This document shows positions 31,910-40,819 of a stretch of DNA of 41,794 bases, piece after piece (within the stretch, counting starts at the first letter, position 1; the number at the start of each line of letters is the position of its first letter). The notes under the pieces were generated by a model. That model had not been told where the DNA came from. It searched no databases and was given only the letters and a program-made list of their open reading frames with translations. The position numbers and the translations under genes were made by a program. The stretch comes from a bacterium (lineage in GTDB: Bacteria; Sysuimicrobiota; Sysuimicrobiia; Sysuimicrobiales; Segetimicrobiaceae), in the NCBI GenBank assembly GCA_035488355.1, contig DATHLI010000131.1:1-41794 (forward strand), in the 5' to 3' direction.

Positions 31910-33427
31910 ATGTTCCATCTAGTGCCCTTCCTTTCCACCGGTCGCAGAGGCAGCGTCACCGCCGAGGAGTGGATCAGCCTCGTGCGGGTCCTGCTCCTGC
32001 TGTCGTTGATCCCGGCGCTGTGGTTCGGGGTCATCCCCGTGACGCGTCCGGAAGTGGCCCCCATCGTGGTCCTGTTCGGCGCGTATGTGATCTTCCTGGC
32101 GCTCGGCTCCCACCGGCTGGCGCTGCTCCACAAGACCGATCTCGTCATCACGCTGGACCTCCTCGTCACCACGCTCGTCGTGCTCATCTCCGGCGGCGTG
32201 CACAGTCCGTTCGTGTACGGGTACTACCTGACGATTCTCGAGGCGGCGGTGCGGATGAACCTGCGCCAGGCGCTGGCCGCGTCGCTGGCGATGGCCGGGA
32301 TGATCACGCTGCTCTGGCTGCACGCGGGCAGTCCGGCCGCCCTCGAGACGACCGGGTTCCGCCTCGGGGTCTTCGTCGCCAGCGGCTTTTTCATGGCCAT
32401 GTTGTGCGGGTTGCTGGTGCAGGAGTACCGCGCCGCCCACGAGCGCGTGGATGAGCTCGAGTTTGACAGCGGTCTCGCGTCCCGGCTCTCGGGCGAGCTC
32501 CGCGGGGAAGGATTGGCGGAGATTCTCCTGGGGGCGTTCCTCGAGATGACCCAGTTCTCCAAGGGTGCGGCCTACATGTGCGATGAGGGGAGCCGTCCGC
32601 AGCTGATGGCCGCCCGCGGGTTTGAATGGGAAAATGGAGACCTGAGCCCGGCGCATCTCCCGCTCCCGGCGCTGCCGGCCGGGGCCTCCGGCGGCGAGGT
32701 GATCACCCATACCGCTCCCGCGACCGCGTCGGGCGAGGTCATGGCCTGTGTGCCGCTGATCCACGCCGGGCACCTGCGGATGTGGTTGTGCGGGCTGGGG
32801 CAGCCGCCGCTCGCCTTCCCGGACCGCGTCCGCCGCCGCATCCGCCGGCTGGCCACCCACGGCGCGTCCGCGGTGGAGGCGGCCCGCCTCCACGAGAAGG
32901 TCAAGGACTTGGCCGCCAAGGATTCGCTGACCGGGCTGCCCAACCGCCGGACCTTCTTCGAGCGCATGGCCTCCGAGCTGGCCCGCAGCCACCGCCTCGG
33001 ACGTCCCCTCAGCGTCGCCCTCGTGGATCTCAACGGATTCAAGGCCATCAACGACACCTACGGCCACAGCACCGGGGACACGGCGCTGATCCGGGCGGCG
33101 CAGCTGCTGGCCCAGGGCATGCGCGCTTCCGATGTGGTGGCGCGTTTCGGCGGGGACGAGTTCGTGCTGCTGTTCCCGGAGACCACCACGGCGGGTGCCC
33201 AGCGGGTGCTGCGCCGGATGGGCACCATGAAGGCGGCCGTCTCTGAAGAGGTCAGCGCCGAGCTGCGGCTCACGATCGCCTGGGGGGTCGCCACCTGGCC
33301 CACGGACGGTCCCTCGCCCGAGCAGTTGCTGCGGACGGCGGACCGGCGACTCTACGAGATGAAGAAGCGACGGCAGAACGGCAAGCGCGTTCGCGCGACC
33401 CGCGTGGCCAAGCGTCAGATCGCCTGA
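31910..33427 (+). CDS. Membrane-anchored diguanylate cyclase: multi-TM N-terminus, a central domain of unassigned fold, and GGDEF with an RxxD I-site
   Basis: Five to six N-terminal hydrophobic helices. Then LTGLPNRRTFFERM..., LVDLNGFKAINDTYGHSTGD, RASDVVARFGGDEFVLLF (RxxD five residues before GGDEF). ATG 31910 follows GGGGAGG; ATG 31880 is an alternative. Confidence 0.9.
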   Translation: MFHLVPFLSTGRRGSVTAEEWISLVRVLLLLSLIPALWFGVIPVTRPEVAPIVVLFGAYVIFLALGSHRLALLHKTDLVITLDLLVTTLVVLISGGVHSPFVYGYYLTILEAAVRMNLRQALAASLAMAGMITLLWLHAGSPAALETTGFRLGVFVASGFFMAMLCGLLVQEYRAAHERVDELEFDSGLASRLSGELRGEGLAEILLGAFLEMTQFSKGAAYMCDEGSRPQLMAARGFEWENGDLSPAHLPLPALPAGASGGEVITHTAPATASGEVMACVPLIHAGHLRMWLCGLGQPPLAFPDRVRRRIRRLATHGASAVEAARLHEKVKDLAAKDSLTGLPNRRTFFERMASELARSHRLGRPLSVALVDLNGFKAINDTYGHSTGDTALIRAAQLLAQGMRASDVVARFGGDEFVLLFPETTTAGAQRVLRRMGTMKAAVSEEVSAELRLTIAWGVATWPTDGPSPEQLLRTADRRLYEMKKRRQNGKRVRATRVAKRQIA

Positions 33428-33458
33428 CCTGCCTCCTCGGGAGCCCCACGCGTTCTTG

Positions 33459-34220
33459 TCATCGCACCCAATCTCCTGATGTTCTTGTGGTGACGGCCGC
33501 CTCGCCGAGCAGCGTCCGCAGCGGCACGACACTGTAGCCGCGGGCGCGCAGCCCGGCGATCATCCCGGGAAGCGCGGCCCAGGTCGCGCGCGGGGTGGTG
33601 GGATGCCCGCCGCGGTCGTGCAAATCCACGATCGCCCCGGGATGGGCCCACCGGATGACGCGCGCGGCCATCTCACCCGCGCTCACCCCCTTGAGCCACC
33701 CCTCGGGCCGGACAGACCAGAGGATACGCTCTTCCCCCAGCTGCCCCGCCCGGACGTACGCCGTCCAGTTGAACATCCCCCACGGCGGCCGGAAGTAGCG
33801 GGGATGGATCCCGGTGGCCTCGGCCACCGCCGCGGCCCCCCGTTCGACTTCTTCGGCCGCCGCCGGCGGGGCCAGGGTCCAGAGGTGGCGGTGCCTGTAG
33901 GTGTGGTTGCCGAGATCGTGCCCGGCCCGCGCCACCGCCCGCGCCACCTCGGGGAAGGCGTCGACCTGGCGGCCGACCATGAAGAACGTCGCCTGGATGC
34001 CGGCGGCGGCGAGCGTGTCGAGAATCAGCGGCGTGTACGTGGGGTCCGGGCCGTCGTCGAACGTCAGGGCGATCATCGGACGGGCCGGCCCGCGCTTGAT
34101 GACCCCCACGCGGATCGCGCCCGCCATCATCTGCGTCCCGAGCGTGTACGCCGCGGCCCCTCCGAGCACGCCGGCGGCCGCGGTGAGTCCGGTCCGCACG
34201 CCGGCCCGCAGACCCTCCAT
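33459..34220 (-). CDS. Polysaccharide deacetylase (NodB/CE4 family) with N-terminal membrane anchor
   Basis: Internal start of the 33459..35444 ORF: MEGLRAG... Motifs: ALTFDDGPDP, GHDLGNHTYRH, YFRPPWG. The ATG overlaps the upstream TAA (TAATG). Confidence 0.85.
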   Translation of the reverse strand: MEGLRAGVRTGLTAAAGVLGGAAAYTLGTQMMAGAIRVGVIKRGPARPMIALTFDDGPDPTYTPLILDTLAAAGIQATFFMVGRQVDAFPEVARAVARAGHDLGNHTYRHRHLWTLAPPAAAEEVERGAAAVAEATGIHPRYFRPPWGMFNWTAYVRAGQLGEERILWSVRPEGWLKGVSAGEMAARVIRWAHPGAIVDLHDRGGHPTTPRATWAALPGMIAGLRARGYSVVPLRTLLGEAAVTTRTSGDWVR

Positions 34221-35374
34221 TATCCCTCCACGACGTCCGTGCGCCACCGGGTCGCCGCTCCGGAGGCAAACAGCAGCAGCCCGCCGCTCAGGAAGAACGG
34301 CGCGCTCGGGTTCGCAATCTGCCAGAGGAGCCCGCCCACCAGCGGACCGATCACCCCGCCCATGCCCTCGACGGTCATCAGAATCCCCAGGCCGGCGCCG
34401 CGCACGTCCTCGGGCAGGAGGCGCAGCAGGATGCTGTTCCAGGCCGGGAGGACGAACGCGTAGCCGATGCCGATCCCCAGGAAGTCGAGCGCGAGCAGCC
34501 AGAGGGGGCGGCAGAAGGGGACCGCGATCAACAAGAGCGCGACGGTCGCCAGGCCGAGCCCATACGTCAGGCGGCGCCCCAGCCGGTCCCCGATCCGTCC
34601 CGCGGGGGCCAGCAGGAGCAGCCCGGTGCCCATCACCAGCACCATCAGCACGAGCAGCTCGCGTTCGTCGAGGCCGCGCACCGTCAGGAGGTAAGGGACG
34701 ATGATCGGGATGAGCACGCCGGCCGCGATGATCTGGGGGATCAGGCTGGTGAACAGCTGCGCGAGCGAACTGCCGACCAGGCGCAGCAGCTCGCCGACGC
34801 GCGGGCTGGTGGCGGCCGTGCCGGCGGGATCCACGGCGAGGCGGAACGCGAGGACCGGGGCGGCGAGGAGCGGGATGATGAAGACCTTGAGCGACACGGG
34901 ATGGTTCGTCCGGCTCAGCAGCGTGGCGGTCCCGATCCCCAGCCCCGCGCCGAGGAGCCACAGCGAGAACAGGTGGCCCAGCGCTTCGCCGACTTCGGGG
35001 CCCGCGCTGCGCGTCAGGCGGGTCAGCGCGGCGGGCCACAGGGGAGACGCGCCCGCGCCCATCGCCGCGAGGGCGAGGAACACCTGCCAGGTCTGGCGCG
35101 AGGCGACGAGCCCGGCGAACGCGGCCGCGTAGATCCAGAATCCCGCCAGCAGCATCCGCCGCGCCCCGATGCGGTCGACGAGCCACCCGGAGAGCAGCTT
35201 GACCGTCACCTCGGCGAAGAAGTACGCCGCGACGGCGGCGCCGATCGTGCCCATCGGCCAGCCGAGCCGTGTGGCCACCAGCGTCGGCAGGAGCACGAAC
35301 AAGAGCGCCCCATGGACGAACTCGACGAGGCCGACCGAGATGGCGAGGAGCCCGATGTCGCTCTGCGATTTCAA
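34220..35374 (-). CDS. MFS transporter
   Basis: Twelve-TM-like hydrophobic profile with GWLVDRIGARRML (MFS motif A). No ATG lies near the N-terminus. The proposed TTG start at 35374 overlaps the upstream TGA (TTGA). Confidence 0.7.
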   Translation of the reverse strand: MKSQSDIGLLAISVGLVEFVHGALLFVLLPTLVATRLGWPMGTIGAAVAAYFFAEVTVKLLSGWLVDRIGARRMLLAGFWIYAAAFAGLVASRQTWQVFLALAAMGAGASPLWPAALTRLTRSAGPEVGEALGHLFSLWLLGAGLGIGTATLLSRTNHPVSLKVFIIPLLAAPVLAFRLAVDPAGTAATSPRVGELLRLVGSSLAQLFTSLIPQIIAAGVLIPIIVPYLLTVRGLDERELLVLMVLVMGTGLLLLAPAGRIGDRLGRRLTYGLGLATVALLLIAVPFCRPLWLLALDFLGIGIGYAFVLPAWNSILLRLLPEDVRGAGLGILMTVEGMGGVIGPLVGGLLWQIANPSAPFFLSGGLLLFASGAATRWRTDVVEG

Positions 35375-36549
35375 GTCCGGGGGATGGAGGTGGCGAGCGT
35401 CCTCTGGAGGGCGGGCCTGGGGCTCGTCCCCGCAAGCTGGGCAAGCCGGGTGAGGTGGGCGACGACCTGCTGGGTAGCGTCGGGCCGCGCCAGTCTCGCC
35501 GCGGCCTGCTTCATCGCGGTGAGGCGCGCCGGGTCGGCCAGGAGCGTCTCGAGCATGCTGTGCAGCATCTCCGGGGTCTTCGGGGCGAGGGCGGCGCCGC
35601 GGTCGAGCAGATACTTCGTGTTGCCCTCTTCTTGCCCGGGGATGGGCCGGTAGATCAGCATCGGCAGCCGCAGCACCATCGCCTCGCTCACCGTCACCCC
35701 GCCGGCCTTCGTGATCAGCAGGTCGCTGGCTGCCATCAGCTCCTCGACGTTGTCCACGTACTCGAAGACCTGGAAGGGGTGGGGCGACCCGGCCATGCGC
35801 GCGCGCACCTGGTCCGCGAGCCGGCGGTCGTGCCCGCAGACGATGAGCGCTTGGAGCGGCCGCGGAAAGCGGGCGAGCACGCGGGCCACGTCCCCGACGC
35901 CGCCGAGCATGGCGTAGGCGCCGGCCATCACGAGGATCACCGGCCGGTCGGGGGCGAGATCGAGGCGCCGCGCGATGGCCGCGCGGTCCAGCGTCCGGAG
36001 GAACTTGCGCTCGATGGGGAGCCCCGTGACCGTGATCCGGTGCGCCGGGATGCCGCGGGCGAGCAGCCCGTCCCTGACCTCCGCGGCGGGCACGCAGTAC
36101 TCGTCCACGCGCGGGTGGATCCACTGGCTGTGGGTGACGTAGTCGGTGATGATCGTGAGGCAGGGGACCTCGCTGCGCCCGGCGATGTTGAGGTCGGACA
36201 TCGTGCCGGCCGGCGTGCAGTGGACGCAGCAGACGACGTCCGGCCGCTCCGTCTTGAGGTAGCGGTCCAGCCGCTCCAGCCCCATCCGGTTGATCGCCCG
36301 CTGCACGGGCGAGTCGGGCCGGATCTCCCCGGTGGCCTTGTAGAACATGCCGTACATGATCGGCGCCCGGCGGACGCTCTGGATGTACGAGAACTTGGTG
36401 ATGGCGTCGAACACGGGGTGGACGAACCGGGCGAAGTAGTCGACGACCTCCGCGCGGCCCCCGGTCCCCGCCTCCCAGTCCGCGGCGATCGCTTCGCCGA
36501 CCCGGCGGTGGCCACCGCCGTAGTTGCACGAGAGGATCGAGAGGCGCAT
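35371..36549 (-). CDS. MGDG-synthase-family glycosyltransferase (UgtP/YpfP-like diacylglycerol glycosyltransferase, GT28)
   Basis: MRLSILSCNYGGGHRRVGEAIA... is the N-terminal signature of the MGDG_synth domain. PDVVCCVHCTP, ITDYVTHSQWIH, and the C-terminal GT-B half KAGGVTVSEAMVLRLPMLIYRPIPGQEEGN are also present. Confidence 0.85.
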   Translation of the reverse strand: MRLSILSCNYGGGHRRVGEAIAADWEAGTGGRAEVVDYFARFVHPVFDAITKFSYIQSVRRAPIMYGMFYKATGEIRPDSPVQRAINRMGLERLDRYLKTERPDVVCCVHCTPAGTMSDLNIAGRSEVPCLTIITDYVTHSQWIHPRVDEYCVPAAEVRDGLLARGIPAHRITVTGLPIERKFLRTLDRAAIARRLDLAPDRPVILVMAGAYAMLGGVGDVARVLARFPRPLQALIVCGHDRRLADQVRARMAGSPHPFQVFEYVDNVEELMAASDLLITKAGGVTVSEAMVLRLPMLIYRPIPGQEEGNTKYLLDRGAALAPKTPEMLHSMLETLLADPARLTAMKQAAARLARPDATQQVVAHLTRLAQLAGTSPRPALQRTLATSIPRT

Positions 36550-36554
36550 CCCGC

Positions 36555-37508
36555 CTACCGGCGCTCCGCGCCCGTCTCTGCCCTGCGCGCGTCGCCCGTC
36601 AGCACGGACGGCGCCGGGTGGATGACCGAAATCCGGCGCGGCAGCAGCGAGAGGTCGTAGGTGTGGGCCGGGCCGAGCAGGCTGCCGTCCACCTGGGCCT
36701 CGCGCCGCTGGTCGAGCTGAATCCGCACCGACGAGCAGCGTTCGATGCTGAGCTCCGGAACCGGGAGGCGGCGCAGCAGGCGGGCGGTCTTGCGGATGGT
36801 CCGCGAGTGCAGTTCTTCGAGGAGGTAGAGGTCCAGCAGCCCGTCCGACAGGCTCGGGGCGGGCAGCGCCAGCAGCCGCTCGCCATACATCCGGCCGTTC
36901 GCCGCGGCGATCAGGACGGCCCGGCCGTTGAACACCCGCTCCCCGACCTGGACCCGCGCCTGGAAGGGGTCGAATCCGCTCGACAGCAGGAGCAGGGCGG
37001 CGACGTAGTAGACCGACCGGTTGCGGGCCAGCCGGTACCGGGCCCGGAGGGTGTTCACCATCTTGACGACCTGGACGTCGTACCCCAGGCCGAAGATATT
37101 CAGGAAGTACCGGTTGTTGACCTTGCCGACGTCGATCGGGCAGACCTGGCCGGCCAGGAGCACGTCCACGGCCCGCTCCGGATCCCTGGGGATGCCGAGC
37201 GCGCGGATGATCTCGTTCCCGGTGCCGCAGGGGATGATGCCGAGCGTCAGGTTCACGCCGCTCGTAAGGATCGCGTTGACGGCCCCGTTGAGCGTGCCGT
37301 CCCCGCCGATGACGGCCACCTGGTCAAACGAGGTCCGCGCGGAGGCGAGGAATTCCGACAGCATCGGGGCGGTGGCCTCCCCGGTCGGCGCGACGATCAA
37401 CTCGTACTCCCGGTCGTGGCGCTTGAACGCGTTGGTGACCAGAGGCAGGACGTCGCGCGCCCGCCCGCCGCCGGAGCGAAGGTTCGCCACGATCAATGTC
37501 GCCGGCAT
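36555..37508 (-). CDS. Diacylglycerol/lipid kinase (DagK/YegS/BmrU family)
   Basis: ATLIVANLRSGGGRA, VAVIGGDGTLNGAVNAI, LGIIPCGTGNEIIRALGIP. Confidence 0.85.
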   Translation of the reverse strand: MPATLIVANLRSGGGRARDVLPLVTNAFKRHDREYELIVAPTGEATAPMLSEFLASARTSFDQVAVIGGDGTLNGAVNAILTSGVNLTLGIIPCGTGNEIIRALGIPRDPERAVDVLLAGQVCPIDVGKVNNRYFLNIFGLGYDVQVVKMVNTLRARYRLARNRSVYYVAALLLLSSGFDPFQARVQVGERVFNGRAVLIAAANGRMYGERLLALPAPSLSDGLLDLYLLEELHSRTIRKTARLLRRLPVPELSIERCSSVRIQLDQRREAQVDGSLLGPAHTYDLSLLPRRISVIHPAPSVLTGDARRAETGAERR

Positions 37509-37818
37509 ACCGTCACTCCTCTAACGGTCCACGCCCTCGTGCGTGTGGCAGCCGCATGGGCAAACATTGGGGACACCCACCCTTGGGCAGGGGGGCACGG
37601 ACCGATATGATAACGTCTTCCAACCCCTTATTATCCCTGGAAAGCCAAGATGTGTCAATTTTCGCCGAAAATCTCTTCACCACTCCTCCGCACGACTGCG
37701 GAGGAATCGACCTGGGGGCGTAGAACCCCCCGCAGCGTCGACGTTCGGCACTCGGGGGCCTCCGGCGTACGCCGGGAGGGCTCAGGCTCGGCCCTGCGGC
37801 CTTTTATGGAGGTGGGTG

Positions 37819-39597
37819 GTGGCATACGCGGGAGGCGCGTCTGAGTTCGGCGTCCGCCCGGCCGCGCTGGGGCGACGGGGGATGGTCGCCTCGGCCAATC
37901 CGCTCGCGACGCAGGCCGGGCTGCGGATGCTGGCCGCCGGGGGCAATGCCGTCGACGCCGTGGTCGCGACCGCCGCGGCTGTCACGGTCGTGGAACCCTA
38001 CTTCTCCGGGCTCGGCGGGATCGGCATTACTGTGATCACGCTGCCGGGCGGCGAGACCCGTACGCTGAACTTCATGGGGCGTTCCCCGGATCACGCGCGC
38101 GCGGAGATGTTCACGGACGAGACCCAGGATATCGGCCCGATGGCGCCGATGGTGCCCGGGATCGTCGCGGGATGGGCGCGCCTGCACGGGGAGTTCGGCC
38201 GCCTGCCGATTGCGCAGGTGCTCGAGCCGGCGATTGAGCTCGCCGATGGGGGCGCTCCGGTGACCCGGTTCGACTTCGAGCGCTCGGCCCAGGCGGTCGA
38301 TCGGCTGAGGCCGCACCCGGACGCCGTGCGGACCTACCTCAACGATGGCCGGCCCCATGAAGCCGGCGAGACGCTCCGCCAGCCCGGCCTGGCGGCGACC
38401 CTCCGGACGCTCGCCGGGGACGGCTGGATGGCCTTCTACGACGGCGCGCTGGGACGGACGATCGCGACCTACCTGTCCGAGCACGGCGGGTTGATCACCG
38501 AAGACGACCTGCGCCGCTATCCCGAGACGCTCAAGTGGGAACCGCCCCTGCGGGCCATGTACCGGGGCTACGAGCTCCGGACGACCCCGCCGCCCAGCAG
38601 CGCCGTGCAGATTCTCCAGACACTGCGCATTCTCGAGGCGTTCGACCTGGACGACCTGGAGCACCTCGGTCCGGACTACGTGGCGCTGGTGGCGGAGGCG
38701 ATCCGGCTCGCCCGCATGGATGCGGCGGCGCACGTCGCGGATCCGCTGTTTGTCGAGGTGCCGCTGTCCTGGATGCTGAGCGACGAACGCACCCACGAAC
38801 TGCGGGCCGAGGTCACCCGCCGGCTGGAGGGGGTGCGGGGACGGTCACGGCGTGCGCGGAGCGACCGCGCCGATCGCACCGGCGTCCGCCGGCGCATCGC
38901 CGCCCGGCGCCGCGGCGGCAGGATCCGGCGGGCCCGCAGAGCCCCCGAGCGGTCCACCACCCACCTGGCGGCCGCGGATGAGAGCGGGCTGGCCGTCAAT
39001 ATCACGCAGACCTTGGGATCCTCGTATGGATCCGGCGTCGTGATCGGGCGCACCGGCATCGCGATGAACAACGGGCACCACTGGTGCACGCTGATCCCCG
39101 GCGACCTCAAGGAGCTCAAGCCCGGCAAACGGCGGGAGTCGCCCACCTCGCCGGTGCACGCCTTCGGGCTGCACGGGGCGCCCGTCGGGCCCACGCATTC
39201 CTTCGGGATCGATCCCCTTGGGCCGGCGCACGCCGCCAAGGGCGGACGGCTCGCCTTCATGATCGGCACGCCCGGCTCCTATGGGATTCCGCAGACGACC
39301 GCGCAGATGATCATCAACCTCGTGGACTTTGGAAAGAACATCCAGGACGCGATCGCCGCGCCCCGCTTCCGGTGGCAGGACGACGTCGGCGATCCGATCC
39401 CCCCGAAGGTCCTGCTGCTGGAAGGGCGGTTCCCGCCGCCCGTCCAGAAGGCCCTCGCCGCGCGCGGCTACCGCCTTGAGATCCTCGAGGACTGGTCGAT
39501 GCGGGTGGGCGGGGGCCAGGGGATTGTGTTCCGGGAAGACCGCTGGATGATGGGCGGGGCGGATCCGCGGCGCAACGGCTACGCGATGGGGTGGTAG
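37819..39597 (+). CDS. ggt: Gamma-glutamyltranspeptidase-family Ntn hydrolase (no signal peptide) with an Arg-rich insertion before the autoprocessing Thr
   Basis: RGMVASANPLATQAGLRMLAAGGNAVDA, EPYFSGLGG, and STTHLAAADESGLAVNITQTLGSSYGSG (nucleophile Thr codon at 38956-38958). The start is uncertain: GTG 37819 lies 6 nt after GGAGG, and ATG 37882 is an alternative. The track's 37543 start is unlikely. Confidence 0.8.
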   Translation: MAYAGGASEFGVRPAALGRRGMVASANPLATQAGLRMLAAGGNAVDAVVATAAAVTVVEPYFSGLGGIGITVITLPGGETRTLNFMGRSPDHARAEMFTDETQDIGPMAPMVPGIVAGWARLHGEFGRLPIAQVLEPAIELADGGAPVTRFDFERSAQAVDRLRPHPDAVRTYLNDGRPHEAGETLRQPGLAATLRTLAGDGWMAFYDGALGRTIATYLSEHGGLITEDDLRRYPETLKWEPPLRAMYRGYELRTTPPPSSAVQILQTLRILEAFDLDDLEHLGPDYVALVAEAIRLARMDAAAHVADPLFVEVPLSWMLSDERTHELRAEVTRRLEGVRGRSRRARSDRADRTGVRRRIAARRRGGRIRRARRAPERSTTHLAAADESGLAVNITQTLGSSYGSGVVIGRTGIAMNNGHHWCTLIPGDLKELKPGKRRESPTSPVHAFGLHGAPVGPTHSFGIDPLGPAHAAKGGRLAFMIGTPGSYGIPQTTAQMIINLVDFGKNIQDAIAAPRFRWQDDVGDPIPPKVLLLEGRFPPPVQKALAARGYRLEILEDWSMRVGGGQGIVFREDRWMMGGADPRRNGYAMGW

Positions 39598-39630
39598 CGG
39601 CGGCGGTCCGGTCCGAGAGGGGGGACATCG

Positions 39631-39828
39631 ATGCACGTGACAAACTGGGGGATGTTCTTGTTGGGCGTGTATCTGGTCCTCGCCGGGCTGACCTCGCTTG
39701 GAGTGTTTGGCTATTCGGGCGTCACTATCCAGGTCGGCAGCACTAACCAGTCGTTCGTCCAACTGACCAGCCTCATCGGGCTGGTGGCCGGCGTCCTGAT
39801 CTTGATGGAGCACTCGCGCGGCCGGTAG
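39631..39828 (+). CDS. Small 2-TM membrane protein (65 aa), unknown function
   Basis: MHVTNWGMFLLGVYLVLAGLTSLG...LIGLVAGVLILMEH. AGAGGGGGG lies upstream of the ATG. Sensible codon bias. Confidence 0.5.
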   Translation: MHVTNWGMFLLGVYLVLAGLTSLGVFGYSGVTIQVGSTNQSFVQLTSLIGLVAGVLILMEHSRGR

Positions 39829-39834
39829 TGGGCG

Positions 39835-40737
39835 GTGAGGGACTCGCTGGCTGGGCGCATTCGAAGTATCGCCGACGGCCTGGACGGTACAATGGGGGTG
39901 TACGTCCGCGCCGTGGCGACGGGAGAGGAGACCGAGCTCAACGCCGACCGGCCGTTCCAGATGGCCAGCGTGTTCAAGATTCCCATCCTGGCCGAACTGC
40001 TCTATCAGGCGCATGCGGGGCGGCGATCCCTCGAGGACCGCATCATCCTCACCAGTGAGATGAAAGCCCCGGGCTCGGGCGTCCTCAAGGAACTCTCCGC
40101 GGGGACGCCGCTCACGGTGCGCGACCTCGCGACGCTCATGATCATCGTCAGCGACAACACGGCGACCGACATCCTGCTGGGGCTCGTGACCAAAGAGGCC
40201 GTCAACAGTCGCCTCCGGGCGTGCGGGCTCGAACGCACCACGGTCGCCATGTCCTGCCGTGAGCTGCTCTGCGATCTCGTCGGCTTGGGCGGCGCGCCCG
40301 ACACCCCCGAGAACCGGCAGGTGGCGGCCGAGCGCCTCAAGCGGCGGGAGCTCGACCCGAACAGCCGCGTCTACCGGGACGAGCGCGCCAACACGACGAC
40401 CCCGCGGGAGATGGCCGGCCTGCTCGGGCACGTGCTCCGGCCCACGCTCAGCGGCGGCGGGCCGCCCGGCCCCCTGCCCCCCAGCGTGTGCCGGCAAATG
40501 CTGGACATCATGCGCCGGCAACAGGTCCGGGACCGGCTCCCGCTGCTCCTCGCGCCCGCGGTCGACCTCGCGCACAAGACCGGATCGGTGAGCCGGGTGA
40601 GCAACGACGCCGGGATCCTGTACGCGCCGAAATCTCCCTGCATCGTGACGGTGTTCACGAGGGACCTCGCCGACGACCTCAAGGGACGCATGGCAATCGC
40701 GCAGGTTGGGCAGGCCGTCTACGAGGCCTACTCGTGA
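39835..40737 (+). CDS. Class-A beta-lactamase-like serine hydrolase, no signal peptide
   Basis: All three class-A motifs occur in the canonical order: ASVFK (SxxK), SDN (IVSDNTATD) and KTG (LAHKTGSV). The N-terminus lacks a hydrophobic leader. Confidence 0.8.
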   Translation: MRDSLAGRIRSIADGLDGTMGVYVRAVATGEETELNADRPFQMASVFKIPILAELLYQAHAGRRSLEDRIILTSEMKAPGSGVLKELSAGTPLTVRDLATLMIIVSDNTATDILLGLVTKEAVNSRLRACGLERTTVAMSCRELLCDLVGLGGAPDTPENRQVAAERLKRRELDPNSRVYRDERANTTTPREMAGLLGHVLRPTLSGGGPPGPLPPSVCRQMLDIMRRQQVRDRLPLLLAPAVDLAHKTGSVSRVSNDAGILYAPKSPCIVTVFTRDLADDLKGRMAIAQVGQAVYEAYS

Positions 40738-40819
40738 CAGAGGAGAACTTCCGGGGCCGTTGAACGGCCCATCGAGAGTCCGCCCGCCGTTCCTCTGGGG
40801 GATAGGAAGGGGGGGCCAC

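Noticed and set aside
37558-37610. GGGCAAAC followed by G-rich segments in the dagK/ggt divergent region; considered as a possible second GEMM-type riboswitch.
   Set aside because: It lacks the ACGCAAAGC core, the GNRA-capped hairpin and a P1 helix. Only the short GGGCAAAC word matches.
38815-38952. Possibility that the GGT homologue is a pseudogene or frameshifted across the Arg-rich segment.
   Set aside because: The ORF is uninterrupted, and the flanking conserved GGT blocks are in the same frame. The annotated frame has the highest third-position G/C share. It is kept as an intact CDS and flagged as a finding.
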